Shown: positions 9,857-19,010 of the stretch, piece by piece
How positions within the stretch are numbered: the first letter of the stretch is position 1
Layout: each line of letters starts with the position of its first letter
IMG/VR virus record: IMGVR_UViG_2645727946_000002
Direction: 5' to 3' (one strand)
Source of the DNA: a virus
Taxonomy: Duplodnaviria; Heunggongvirae; Uroviricota; Caudoviricetes
Length of the DNA stretch: 64,000 nucleotides
Translations under genes and position numbers: made by a program
The notes under the pieces: generated by a model
Databases searched by the model: none
Told to the model about the DNA's origin: nothing
What the model saw: the letters and a program-made list of their open reading frames with translations, nothing else

Positions 9857-11245
9857 ATGTCGATACTTCAAAAAATCGTCTTGGGCGAGCCACCCAGCGG
9901 AAGTGGCGGCGACAACAACCGCGTCGCGCACATCAAGACGAACGAGAATTTCGGTGTAGTCGAACGTTCGACTCCGCTCGATCTCAGGTATCTCAACGAT
10001 AGTACGAACCTGACGCCGGACGATATCGGAAAGCGGTTCGGGATTTGGATGACCGAGCCGGGAAAGGAAGTCGGGTTTCCGCTCGCGTCGTCCGTGCCGC
10101 CAAATTCCTGTATTCACTTGTTCAACGTTCAGGGAAGGGTCGTGATCAAGTTTCAAGCCGGCGACCTGTCTCAACTGAACGTGCTGAATGCCGGCGACTG
10201 GGTGAAGTACGTGTCGGACGGTGTGAAGAACTGGCACGTCGCCGAGCGCGGTCGAATGATGTGGGACGAGGTTGTCGGCGGCAAGCTGACGGTGGGGGGC
10301 GATCTGTCTGCGGCGGTTCAAAGCGACGAAGGCCACCTTGTGCTTGGCAAGATGCCCGGCTATTTCTACGGAAATAGCGGGTCGGTGGGGTGGTGGTCTT
10401 TAGACGCCGGAGGATCGTACCAATACCTACTCAGCGACCATACGTTTCGTGTCAACGACGAGGTAGTCGCAGTGTGCGACAAGGGGAACGCTCTTCGATT
10501 CGACTGGGGGAAGAAGACGGCTGGCCAGCTCGGGGCGACGGTCGACGGAAAATACCTCGGCTATCTCTGGCACAGCGGCAACCTTGCACAACCGATGACG
10601 CTTGACACACCGCAGTACGTCGGGACGAAGAAGACGTTTACGCAGGCGCAGGAAATCGCCGTCGGTGCCACCGGGCTTCATACGCAAGCGTCGCTATACC
10701 TGAACGGGATGGGCGGCCTCAGCTATCTTGGATTCTCCGGGTTGAACAACACAGTTGGCGCGCAGTTTCGGATTTCCAGCAACACCTCGGTCGCCGAATT
10801 GCAGTGCGTCAACTACAACGCTACAACGTTCGGGGTGTTGACCGCTTCGAATTTCAATCAGGCGTCCGATCGTGCTTTCAAATCCGATATCCAGACGCTT
10901 GAGAACGTAATGGCGCGGCTGCGCGGTAAGCGGGGCGTGACGTTTCTGCAAAAAAGCAGTCCGGAAGCGGGGCGACAGGCTGGCGTCATCGCAAACGAGT
11001 GGTGGGATTTCCCGGAACTGCTCGGCGAGGGGCCCGAGATCGACGAGGACGGCGATTTCATCGTGCGTCAGTACGACGAGAGAGGCAAGGAAATTTTCGG
11101 CGAGAGCGGGCCGTCGAAGGGGCGGCCGTCGCTGACCTTCCGTTACACGAATGCCGTCGGCGTGCTGTTGGCCGGCTTGCTCGAGACGGATGCGGCGTTA
11201 CAGGACGCGCTCAGGCGGATTGCGGAATTGGAGGCGGCGAAGTGA
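9857..11245 (+). CDS. tail fibre / tail spike-like protein with C-terminal intramolecular chaperone (peptidase S74) domain
   Basis: C-terminal 130 aa carry S74 hallmarks: SDRAFKSDIQTLEN…GKRGVTF…GVIANEWWDFPELL…LLETDAALQDALRRIAELEAAK. Confidence 0.7.
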   Translation: MSILQKIVLGEPPSGSGGDNNRVAHIKTNENFGVVERSTPLDLRYLNDSTNLTPDDIGKRFGIWMTEPGKEVGFPLASSVPPNSCIHLFNVQGRVVIKFQAGDLSQLNVLNAGDWVKYVSDGVKNWHVAERGRMMWDEVVGGKLTVGGDLSAAVQSDEGHLVLGKMPGYFYGNSGSVGWWSLDAGGSYQYLLSDHTFRVNDEVVAVCDKGNALRFDWGKKTAGQLGATVDGKYLGYLWHSGNLAQPMTLDTPQYVGTKKTFTQAQEIAVGATGLHTQASLYLNGMGGLSYLGFSGLNNTVGAQFRISSNTSVAELQCVNYNATTFGVLTASNFNQASDRAFKSDIQTLENVMARLRGKRGVTFLQKSSPEAGRQAGVIANEWWDFPELLGEGPEIDEDGDFIVRQYDERGKEIFGESGPSKGRPSLTFRYTNAVGVLLAGLLETDAALQDALRRIAELEAAK

Positions 11246-11925
11246 GTGTAACGGCAGACGTCCAGCAGCTGGAGCCGGGCCGTCTGATTGAGTTTTTCGA
11301 AGTCGACTGTACGGAAATCGGCGCCGACGTGCTGCGCTTTCATCGGCATCTTCAGTCGACGTCGATCGTATGGCAGGGGCGCGAGTACAGGTCGTGGCCG
11401 ATTCAGGCCACCGGCTTCGAGCAGACATCCGACGCGCAGCAGCCATCGCCGACGCTGCGGGTGGGTGACATCAACGGAACGATTTCGGCGCTGTGCGTTG
11501 CGCTTGGTGATCTCGTCGGCGCGAAGGTGTTCCGGCGCCGGACACTCGCGCGCTACCTCGACGCCGTGAACTTTCCGGCCGGCAATCCGACGGCGGACCC
11601 GAACGAAGAATTGCCGCCGCAGCAGTGGCGGATCGAGCAGAAGAGCGACGAGCAGCCGGGATTGCACGTCGAATTCACGCTGTCGTCGCCGCTCGACTTT
11701 GGCGGCCAGCAACTGCCGAAGCGGCAGATCATTTCGATCTGCCAATTGGGGTATCGCGGTCCCGAGTGCGGCTATACCGGAGCGGCGTGTTTCGACAAGG
11801 ACGACAACCCGGTAAGCGATCCAGCGCTCGATCGATGCAGCAAGAAGATCAGCGGTTGCGAACGTCGATTCGGTGTGAACAACCCATTGCCGTTCGACGG
11901 CTTCCTGTGCGACACGATGGCCTGA
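11242..11925 (+). CDS. minor tail protein L (lambda gpL-like, Cys-cluster C-terminus)
   Basis: GTG 11242 overlaps the previous stop. C-terminal Cys cluster CQLGYRGPECGYTGAACFD…CSKKISGCERRFG matches the gpL iron-sulfur motif. Confidence 0.8.
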   Translation: MSVTADVQQLEPGRLIEFFEVDCTEIGADVLRFHRHLQSTSIVWQGREYRSWPIQATGFEQTSDAQQPSPTLRVGDINGTISALCVALGDLVGAKVFRRRTLARYLDAVNFPAGNPTADPNEELPPQQWRIEQKSDEQPGLHVEFTLSSPLDFGGQQLPKRQIISICQLGYRGPECGYTGAACFDKDDNPVSDPALDRCSKKISGCERRFGVNNPLPFDGFLCDTMA

Positions 11926-11951
11926 CGCACGAACCAATTTCGATATGAGGA

Positions 11952-11974
11952 CCCGCCACACGGCGGGTTTTTTT
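11952..11974 (+). terminator. terminator-like hairpin (acccgcc-acac-ggcgggt + T7) between gpL and gpK homologues
   Basis: Read directly. 7-bp GC-rich stem, 4-nt loop, seven T, immediately before ATG 11975. Confidence 0.4.
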
Positions 11975-12727
11975 ATGGACGAACAGATCAAGAACGCTAT
12001 CGCGGCGCACGCGCTGGCCGAGTACCCGCGCGAGTGCTGCGGGCTCGTTGTGAAGACCGAGAGCGGCGAGATATACGTGCGCTGCCGCAACCTCGCGGCC
12101 GCACCAACCGACCAGTTCGCGCTCGCAGCGGAGGACTACGCAGCGGCCGAAGACATGGGCGAGATTGTCGCTCTCGTTCATTCGCATCCCGGCGCATCGG
12201 CACAGCCGACCGACGAGGACCGCACGATGTGCGGGCGCAGCGGCATCGCGAAATGGGTGATCGTGTCGCTCGGCGTGCAGGCCGATGGCTCGATCGGCAT
12301 CGACGACTGGTGCGAATTCGAGCCGGGAGGCTACGTCGCGCGACTAGTCGGCCGCCAGTTCGTCCATGGCGTGCACGACTGCTACGCGATCGTGCGCGAC
12401 TGGTATCTCGCCGAGCGCGGCGTCGCGCTACCCGACTTCGAGCGCGAGGACGAGTGGTGGAACGATGGCCGATCGAATCTCTACCTCAACCACTATCAGG
12501 ACGCTGGCTTTCTCGACGTCGGCCGCGACGTGACGTTGCAGGTCGGCGACGTGCTGCTGATGCAGATCCGCAGCAAGAACGGCGTGCCGAATCACGCGGG
12601 CGTGTATCTGGGCGACGGACAGTTCCTGCATCACATGCACGGCCGTTTGTCGGCGCGCGCGGTGTGGGGCGGGATGTGGGCCGACTGTTGTACGACGGTG
12701 CTGCGCTACGTGGGAGACAGGAAGTGA
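11975..12727 (+). CDS. tail assembly protein K (MPN/JAMM + NlpC/P60 domains, lambda gpK-like)
   Basis: JAMM motif HSHPGASAQPTDEDR. C-terminal Cys/His region (HGVHDCYAIV…HHMHGR) typical of NlpC/P60. An alternative ATG lies at 11945. Confidence 0.8.
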   Translation: MDEQIKNAIAAHALAEYPRECCGLVVKTESGEIYVRCRNLAAAPTDQFALAAEDYAAAEDMGEIVALVHSHPGASAQPTDEDRTMCGRSGIAKWVIVSLGVQADGSIGIDDWCEFEPGGYVARLVGRQFVHGVHDCYAIVRDWYLAERGVALPDFEREDEWWNDGRSNLYLNHYQDAGFLDVGRDVTLQVGDVLLMQIRSKNGVPNHAGVYLGDGQFLHHMHGRLSARAVWGGMWADCCTTVLRYVGDRK

Positions 12728-13308
12728 GCGAGACGCTTCGCACGATAAGGCTGTACGGCACGCTCGGCGTGCGTTTCGGACGCATTCACCGCCTTGCCGT
12801 CTCGTCGACCGCGGAGGCGGTGCGGGCGTTGTCAGTGCTGATTCCCGGCTTCCGGGCGTTCCTGACTTCGTCGCGCGACGCCGGCCTGACGTTCGCCGTG
12901 TTCAACGGCACGCGCAATCTCGACGAGGACGAGCTTGAGCACCCGGTCGGGCGCGACGAGATCCGCATCGCGCCGGTGATCGTCGGCAGCAAGCGCGGCG
13001 GGCTCTTCAATACGATTCTCGGCGCCGCACTCGCCGCGGTTGGCGCGGTAGCGACGTTCGGTTTCGCGCAGCCGTGGGGCACGTCGCTGATGGGGCTCGG
13101 GGCGTCGATGGCGCTGGGCGGCATCGTGCAGATGCTCAGCCCGCAGCAGGCCGGCCTCGCGGGCGCGGCCAACAACGGCACGTCGTACTACTTCAACGGA
13201 CCCGTGAACAGCGCCGCACAGGGTGAGCCGGTGCCGCTCGTTATTGGGGAAATGATCGTCGGCTCGAAGGTGGTCAGTTCTGGGATTTATGCGGAGGATC
13301 AGGTTTGA
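12724..13308 (+). CDS. tail assembly protein I (lambda gpI-like)
   Basis: GTG 12724 overlaps the gpK stop. 194 aa with a Gly/Ala-rich hydrophobic C-terminal half. Canonical K-I-J order. Confidence 0.7.
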   Translation: MSETLRTIRLYGTLGVRFGRIHRLAVSSTAEAVRALSVLIPGFRAFLTSSRDAGLTFAVFNGTRNLDEDELEHPVGRDEIRIAPVIVGSKRGGLFNTILGAALAAVGAVATFGFAQPWGTSLMGLGASMALGGIVQMLSPQQAGLAGAANNGTSYYFNGPVNSAAQGEPVPLVIGEMIVGSKVVSSGIYAEDQV

Positions 13309-16300
13309 AAAGGCTTCATGCTGAAGGGGGGCTGAAGCGGATCTACGGCGCGAAGGGCGGCGGCGGCGGCGGCGGCAGCAGCGAATCGCCTGACAGCCTG
13401 CATTCGATTGCGCGCGCGAAGGTGCTCGACGTGATCTCGGCGGGGCCCATCGTGGGGCTGGTGAATGGCCTGCAGTCGGTCTATCTCGACGGCACGCCGA
13501 TCCAGAACGCGGACGGCTCGCTGAATTTCCAGAACTACACCGTCGACGCGCGAACCGGCACGCAGGATCAGGACTACATCTCGGGTTTTCCGGCCGTCGA
13601 GCGTGAGGCCGGCGTCGGCGTGCCGCTGACGTCCGACGCGCCGTGGGTGCGCCAAATCCAGAATACGCAACTGACTGCGGTGCGCGTGCGCTTCGGTGTG
13701 CCGGCGCTACAGCGTCAGGACACGTCGAACGGCAATATCACGGGCTATCGCGTCGACTATGCGATCGACTTGTCGGTCGACGGCGGGTCGTATGCGCAGG
13801 TGCTGGCCGGTGCGTTCGACGGCAAGACAACGTCGCTCTATGAGCGCTCGCATCGGATCGAGCTGCCGCGCGCAAAAAATGGTTGGTTGATCCGCGTGCG
13901 CCGCATCACGCCGAACGCGCACACGGCGACGATCGCCGACGCGATCAACATCGAGGCGATTACCGAGATCATCGATCGGAAGCTCCGCTATCCGATGACG
14001 GCGCTTGTCGGTATGACGTTCGACGCACGTTCGTTCTCGAGCGTGCCAGTGCGTTCGTATCACGTGCGAGGGATGATCTTCCGAGTCCCGACAAACTACG
14101 ACCCGGAGACGCGTACGTACTCGGGCACATGGGACGGTACGTTCAAGGCAGCATGGACGAACAATCCGGCGTGGGTCTACTACGGCCTACTTCTCGACAA
14201 GCTCAACGGATTGGGCGACCGTGTCGATGCTTCGATGGTCGATAAGTGGGCGCTGTACGCAATCGCGCGTTACTGCGACGAACTCGTGTCCGACGGGAAG
14301 GGCGGAAAGGAGCCGCGCTTCACCTGCAACTGCGTGCTTCAGACGCGCGCGGACGCATTTAAGGTGGTACAGGATCTCGCGAGCGTCTTTCGCGGCATTT
14401 CGTACTGGGGCGCCGGGTCGGTGGTCGCGTCGGCCGATATGCCATCCGATCCGGTCTACCTGTACACGGCCGCGAATGTCGTCGGTGGTTCATTTAAGTA
14501 CGTCGGCAGCGAACGCAAGACGCGTTACACAGTTGCGCTCGTCAGCTACAACGATCCGACGAACCAGTACAAGCAAGCTGTCGAGCCCGTGCAGGACGAC
14601 GACGGGATTGCGCGATATGGCGTCATCAAGACGGAGGTCACGGCGTTCGGCTGCACGTCGCAGGCGCAGGCACACCGGCTCGGGCGCTGGCTGCTGCTGA
14701 CGTCGCGGTACGAGACCGGGACGGTGTCGTTTCAGGTCGGGCTCGATGGGACGCTTTGTGCGCCGGGACAGGTGATCGCCGTTGCCGACCCAAAGAAGGC
14801 CGGCCGCCGGATCGGCGGGCGCATCCGCGCAGCGGCTGGCGAAAGGATCACGCTCGACAAGGCGCCGACAATCGCCGCCGGCGATCGCTTCACGGCGATT
14901 CTGCCGTCGGGTATTGCCCAGGCGCGCGCGGTCAAGTCGGTCGACGGCGACACGGTCACGCTCGCCGAGCGCTTCGACGCCGATCCGGTGGCGGGCGCTG
15001 TGTGGATGATCGAAAGCCGCGAGCTCGCGGCGCAGCAGTATCGCGTGGTGAGCGTGCAGGAAAGCGACGACGACGGCCAGATCGTCTACACGATCAACGC
15101 GACGCAGTACGAGCCGGGGAAGTACGCGGCGATCGACGACGGCGCACAGATTCAGCAACGGCCGATCACGATCGTTCCGCCATCGGTGCAGCCGCCGCCG
15201 TCGAACGTCCGCCTCTCGACATACTCGGTGGTCGATCAGGGCATTTCGAAAACAACGATGGTGATCGCGTGGGATGCAGCGAGCCACGCGACAAGCTACG
15301 TCGTCGAATGGCGGAAGGATAACGGCGAGTGGGTGAAGGTGCCGTCGACAGGCGGCCTGCAGGTCGAGGTGCCGGGAATCTATCAGGGCAAGTACCTCGC
15401 GCGGGTGCGCGCCGAGAACGCGCTCGGCGTGACGTCGATTCCGGCGTACGGCGTCGATACGCAACTGACCGGGAAAACCACTCCGCCGCCGTCGGTCGTG
15501 TCGCTGACTGCGGCGGGCATCGTGTACGGGATCGATCTGAAATGGGCGTTTCCGGGTGACGGATCCGCTGGCGACACGCAGCGAACGGAGATCTGGTACA
15601 GCCGCACGCCGAATCGCGACGACGCGACCAAGTTCTCCGACTTCGCGTATCCGCAGGCGTCGACGTCGTATCAGGGGCTCGCGGTCGGGCAGGTGTTTTA
15701 TTTTTGGGCGCGCCTGGTCGACACGTCCGGCAACGTCGGACCGTGGTTTCCGGCGAAGGGGCCGGGCGTGCAGGGGCAGCCGAGCACGGATCAAAGCGAC
15801 TACGAGAAGTATTTCGCCGGCCAGATCGGGAAGTCGGCGCTTGGCACGGAGCTGCGCGCGCCGATCGACCTGATCACCCCGCCGATGGCCGGCGACGCAA
15901 CGATCTACGCGGGCGACGAAAGGCTCAATGCTGGCGTGTGGTCGCTGCAGGCGGCGATCGCCGAGGGCGATATGGCGGTCGCGAAGAAAGTCGAAACAGT
16001 CGCGGCCCAGCTGCACTCGGGCTCGAATCTGCTGAACGCCGCGGTGCAGAAGGAGACGATTGCGCGTGTCGAAGCTGATCGTGCGATGGCGCAGGACATC
16101 ACGACTGTACAGGCGAAGGTGAACGACAACGCGGCCGCGGTACAAACCGTGGCGCAGTCCTACGCCGATTTGAACGGACGCGTCGCGGCGTCGTATCAGA
16201 TCAAGGTGCAGACGACCGTCGACGGGCGCAAGTACATGGCATCGATCGGCGTGGGCATGGACAACGACAACGGCATCGTCGAATCGCAGGTGCTTGTGTC

Positions 16301-16610
16301 TGCGAAGCGATTCGCCGTGATCGACGAGGACGGTGCGGGCGTGATCGGCGCGCCGTTCGTTGTGCAAGGCGGGCAAGTGTTTTTGCGGCAGGCGCTGATC
16401 GGTGCAGGCTGGATCACGAACGCGATGATCGGCAACTATATCCAGTCCGACAACTACATCGCGGGGCGGCAGGGATGGCGGTTGGATAAGACCGGTTGGT
16501 TCGAAATCAACGCAGCGGACGGCAGCGGAAATCGGCTTGTGATGGATGGTAGCAGTGTCCGTGTCTACGACGGTAACGGCGTGCTGCGGGTGCGCATGGG
16601 GATGTGGTGA
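13305..16610 (+). CDS. host specificity / central tail fibre protein J
   Basis: 1101 aa at the lambda gpJ position. Start TTG 13305 overlaps the gpI stop. Gly-rich N-terminus. Confidence 0.9.
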   Translation: MKRLHAEGGLKRIYGAKGGGGGGGSSESPDSLHSIARAKVLDVISAGPIVGLVNGLQSVYLDGTPIQNADGSLNFQNYTVDARTGTQDQDYISGFPAVEREAGVGVPLTSDAPWVRQIQNTQLTAVRVRFGVPALQRQDTSNGNITGYRVDYAIDLSVDGGSYAQVLAGAFDGKTTSLYERSHRIELPRAKNGWLIRVRRITPNAHTATIADAINIEAITEIIDRKLRYPMTALVGMTFDARSFSSVPVRSYHVRGMIFRVPTNYDPETRTYSGTWDGTFKAAWTNNPAWVYYGLLLDKLNGLGDRVDASMVDKWALYAIARYCDELVSDGKGGKEPRFTCNCVLQTRADAFKVVQDLASVFRGISYWGAGSVVASADMPSDPVYLYTAANVVGGSFKYVGSERKTRYTVALVSYNDPTNQYKQAVEPVQDDDGIARYGVIKTEVTAFGCTSQAQAHRLGRWLLLTSRYETGTVSFQVGLDGTLCAPGQVIAVADPKKAGRRIGGRIRAAAGERITLDKAPTIAAGDRFTAILPSGIAQARAVKSVDGDTVTLAERFDADPVAGAVWMIESRELAAQQYRVVSVQESDDDGQIVYTINATQYEPGKYAAIDDGAQIQQRPITIVPPSVQPPPSNVRLSTYSVVDQGISKTTMVIAWDAASHATSYVVEWRKDNGEWVKVPSTGGLQVEVPGIYQGKYLARVRAENALGVTSIPAYGVDTQLTGKTTPPPSVVSLTAAGIVYGIDLKWAFPGDGSAGDTQRTEIWYSRTPNRDDATKFSDFAYPQASTSYQGLAVGQVFYFWARLVDTSGNVGPWFPAKGPGVQGQPSTDQSDYEKYFAGQIGKSALGTELRAPIDLITPPMAGDATIYAGDERLNAGVWSLQAAIAEGDMAVAKKVETVAAQLHSGSNLLNAAVQKETIARVEADRAMAQDITTVQAKVNDNAAAVQTVAQSYADLNGRVAASYQIKVQTTVDGRKYMASIGVGMDNDNGIVESQVLVSAKRFAVIDEDGAGVIGAPFVVQGGQVFLRQALIGAGWITNAMIGNYIQSDNYIAGRQGWRLDKTGWFEINAADGSGNRLVMDGSSVRVYDGNGVLRVRMGMW

Positions 16611-16918
16611 TGACGAGCGGACTTCAGATTTTCGACGGTGCAGGTCGTCCGATCCTCGACGCCAAGTCGCGAGCGGGACGGGTGGTTGGGATTGCTTGGG
16701 CTGGCGGGAGCGATGGGAGTGTCGCGGCGGATATGTCCGGTGGGGAGCCGTTTTGGGCCTTCATGCCGCAACAGATTTTCTTTCGTGTATCGGGCGCCGA
16801 GCCGTCGCCGGTCGTCTCGATTAATGCAGGGGGAATCAGTTGGTCGTATAGCCCGAACTCGAGCGGATCGAACGCGTACACCCGAGTCCCCGGGTGGATC
16901 GTTTTTGGAGTGTATTGA
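16610..16918 (+). CDS. hypothetical protein (post-J tail-associated)
   Basis: ATG 16610 overlaps the J stop (TGATG). 102 aa. Confidence 0.45.
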   Translation: MTSGLQIFDGAGRPILDAKSRAGRVVGIAWAGGSDGSVAADMSGGEPFWAFMPQQIFFRVSGAEPSPVVSINAGGISWSYSPNSSGSNAYTRVPGWIVFGVY

Positions 16919-17634
16919 TGCCGGCAGGATTTCAGGCATTCACTGATACCGGTGTGTATCAGATCGACGGGCGAACGCCGAACTACCAGATGGTCCAATC
17001 GATGGCGGCGGATTCTGCGGTCGGTTCGTTGCCTTTGGCACGGAATGATGCTGGGCGGACGTTCATGATAGATCTTCCGAGTGTCACTTTCACTTTCTCG
17101 TCAGTGGCGGGTCCGATGTACGCGGTACTCGCATCTGGCGCAGTGGGAATCACGCTGTGGGGTGCGAAGCGAAATGGAAGTTCGTATTCCGTGACGTTTG
17201 TCACCGAGCGACCATGTAACGTCCGACTGTTCGTGTTCGACCAAGTACCCGTCGCCGCAGGAAGCTTCGGGTTGCAGGTTTTCGATGCTGGCGGACGATT
17301 GGTCGCGGATTCGTCGAAGCCGTTTCTCCGGGTCCTCGATGTGATCTTCGAGGATTACATGAACGGTGTTGGGTGGACAGTCGAGGGCGCACCTTCGCCG
17401 CCGTGGCATTCTCGGTCGTACGGCGTGCCAGTTCTGATTTCCGCCATCTACTCCGTTCATCGAGCGTGGAGCTATGACCCGGGGGTGGTTGAGCTCTCGT
17501 CGATTCGCGTTGACGGTGGGAATGTGTCTTGGGGAACGGCGCTGTACAACGGTGGGAGAACGCCGAATATCGCATGCTTTCGCGAGCAGTATCACTCGCG
17601 ATTCATGGTGCTTGACGGGACGGGAATCGTTTAG
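16918..17634 (+). CDS. hypothetical protein (post-J tail-associated)
   Basis: ATG 16918 overlaps the previous stop. 238 aa. No recognisable motif. Confidence 0.5.
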   Translation: MPAGFQAFTDTGVYQIDGRTPNYQMVQSMAADSAVGSLPLARNDAGRTFMIDLPSVTFTFSSVAGPMYAVLASGAVGITLWGAKRNGSSYSVTFVTERPCNVRLFVFDQVPVAAGSFGLQVFDAGGRLVADSSKPFLRVLDVIFEDYMNGVGWTVEGAPSPPWHSRSYGVPVLISAIYSVHRAWSYDPGVVELSSIRVDGGNVSWGTALYNGGRTPNIACFREQYHSRFMVLDGTGIV

Positions 17635-17647
17635 CGGGTCGCCAAAT

Positions 17648-17890
17648 ATGGCGGCCCTTTTTCATTGCGAGGGGCTGATGCGAGCGAGTCCGAGTGAGGT
17701 GGCGAGTTATGTTGGAAGTGTTACAGCTGTTGCGTCTTCACTGACGCTGACGGATATCGGCGTGATCGTCGGGATCATGACGGCAATCGCGACGTTTGGG
17801 CTCAACTTCTTTTTTATGTGGCGCAAGGATCGCCGGGAACAGCGCGAATCGGACATGCGCATTCTGGAGATGGAGAGGCACGATGGCTGA
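17648..17890 (+). CDS. holin (putative, dual start M1/M11)
   Basis: 80 aa. Hydrophobic segment LTDIGVIVGIMTAIATFGLNFFFMW followed by a charged tail. Second in-frame ATG at codon 11. Overlaps the endolysin start. Confidence 0.6.
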   Translation: MAALFHCEGLMRASPSEVASYVGSVTAVASSLTLTDIGVIVGIMTAIATFGLNFFFMWRKDRREQRESDMRILEMERHDG

Positions 17891-18425
17891 AATGCGGAGG
17901 ACGACTCTTGTGGGTGTTGTGGGGGCTGCTGCGGCAGCCCTTCTTTTTTCCGTCGTCCCGAAGTTCGAGGGCGTCAAACTGGTCGGGTATCTCGATCCGG
18001 TCGGCATCCCGACAAAGTGCATGGGCGACACGCGCGATGTCGTCGTCGGCCGGGCGTACAGCGAGGCCGAGTGTCGCTCGTCACTCGAAACGCAACTGAT
18101 CGCCCACGCCGAACCCGTGCTGCGTTGCACGCCGGGGCTGAAAGATCGTCCGTATCAGCTCGCGGCGGCTGTGAGCTTTGCATACAACGTCGGCGCGCAT
18201 GCCTACTGCAACAGCACGACGGCGAAGCGCTTCAACGCGGGCGACCTGCGCGGCGCGTGCCGCGCGATCAACGAATCCGATAGCGGTCGGCCGCAGTGGG
18301 TCTTTGCGAACTGCCGGACCGTTATCGACCCGAAAACGAAAAAGCCTCTGCCGGTATGCGACACGCTACCGGGTCTGGTGAAGCGGCGTGCGGAAGAGCG
18401 CGCGATCTGCGAGCGGGGGCTCTGA
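17883..18425 (+). CDS. SAR endolysin (T4/P21-type lysozyme, GH24)
   Basis: N-terminal Gly/Ala-rich SAR segment TTLVGVVGAAAAALLFSVV, then the E-x8-D-x5-T catalytic triad (FEGVKLVGYLDPVGIPT). Confidence 0.85.
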   Translation: MAEMRRTTLVGVVGAAAAALLFSVVPKFEGVKLVGYLDPVGIPTKCMGDTRDVVVGRAYSEAECRSSLETQLIAHAEPVLRCTPGLKDRPYQLAAAVSFAYNVGAHAYCNSTTAKRFNAGDLRGACRAINESDSGRPQWVFANCRTVIDPKTKKPLPVCDTLPGLVKRRAEERAICERGL

Positions 18426-18967
18426 TGCCGAAAGCAGCTCCGTATCTGTTGGCCGCCTTGCTTGGCATGGCGGCAGGCGCGGGCGCCGAGTACCTGATCG
18501 GCGCGCGTCGGCTCGCCGACGAGCAGGCCGCGCGTGCGCTCGATGCGCAACGGCACGCCGAAGCGTTGGGCGCGATCTCGCGTGCCGCGCTCGACGCCGA
18601 GCGACGCGCGATCGCCGCGAATGACGCAGCCGCGTCGGCGGTGGCCGCCGTCGACCAACGAACCACGAAGGAGAGGAACGAGCATGAAGCTGAGAATCAC
18701 AGCCTGCGGGCTGCTCTTGCCGCTGGCACTGAGCGGTTGCGCGTCGCCGTCCGACGCTGCACGGCAGCCGGTCGCGACGGCATGCCCGGCGCTTCCAGCG
18801 CCGCCGGCGTGGGCGATGGTGCCGCCGCCTATGCAGACGTCGACGCAGCGGTTGCGGAACGCGTTTTCGGCGTCGTCGGCGACGATCAGCGCGAGATCGA
18901 CAAACTGACGGCCCTCCAGGGTTACGTCTGCGCGATCCGGCCGCAGTCGCCTGGATGTCAGAAATGA
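18425..18967 (+). CDS. Rz: Rz-like inner-membrane spanin
   Basis: ATG overlaps the endolysin stop. N-terminal TM (LLAALLGMAAGAGAEYLIGA), Ala/Arg-rich coiled coil. Confidence 0.7.
   Translation: MPKAAPYLLAALLGMAAGAGAEYLIGARRLADEQAARALDAQRHAEALGAISRAALDAERRAIAANDAAASAVAAVDQRTTKERNEHEAENHSLRAALAAGTERLRVAVRRCTAAGRDGMPGASSAAGVGDGAAAYADVDAAVAERVFGVVGDDQREIDKLTALQGYVCAIRPQSPGCQK
18684..18908 (+). CDS. Rz1: Rz1-like outer-membrane lipoprotein spanin embedded in +1 frame of Rz
   Basis: MKLRITACGLLLPLALSGC lipoprotein signal with lipobox. Pro-rich 74 aa. Entirely inside Rz, with SD GGAGAGGAAC upstream. Confidence 0.7.
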   Translation: MKLRITACGLLLPLALSGCASPSDAARQPVATACPALPAPPAWAMVPPPMQTSTQRLRNAFSASSATISARSTN

Positions 18968-19010
18968 AAATCGAATGTAAACTCGGCGGCTCATGAAGTG
19001 AACAACATCT

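Noticed and set aside
12034-13308. 424-aa plus-strand ORF spanning gpK and gpI
   Set aside because: Only its last 194 codons, from GTG 12724, are the gpI gene. The upstream part is an out-of-frame read-through of gpK in a GC-rich region.
14490-16376. 628-aa minus-strand ORF antisense to gpJ
   Set aside because: Shadow ORF in a high-GC coding region. Arg-rich, with no start context.
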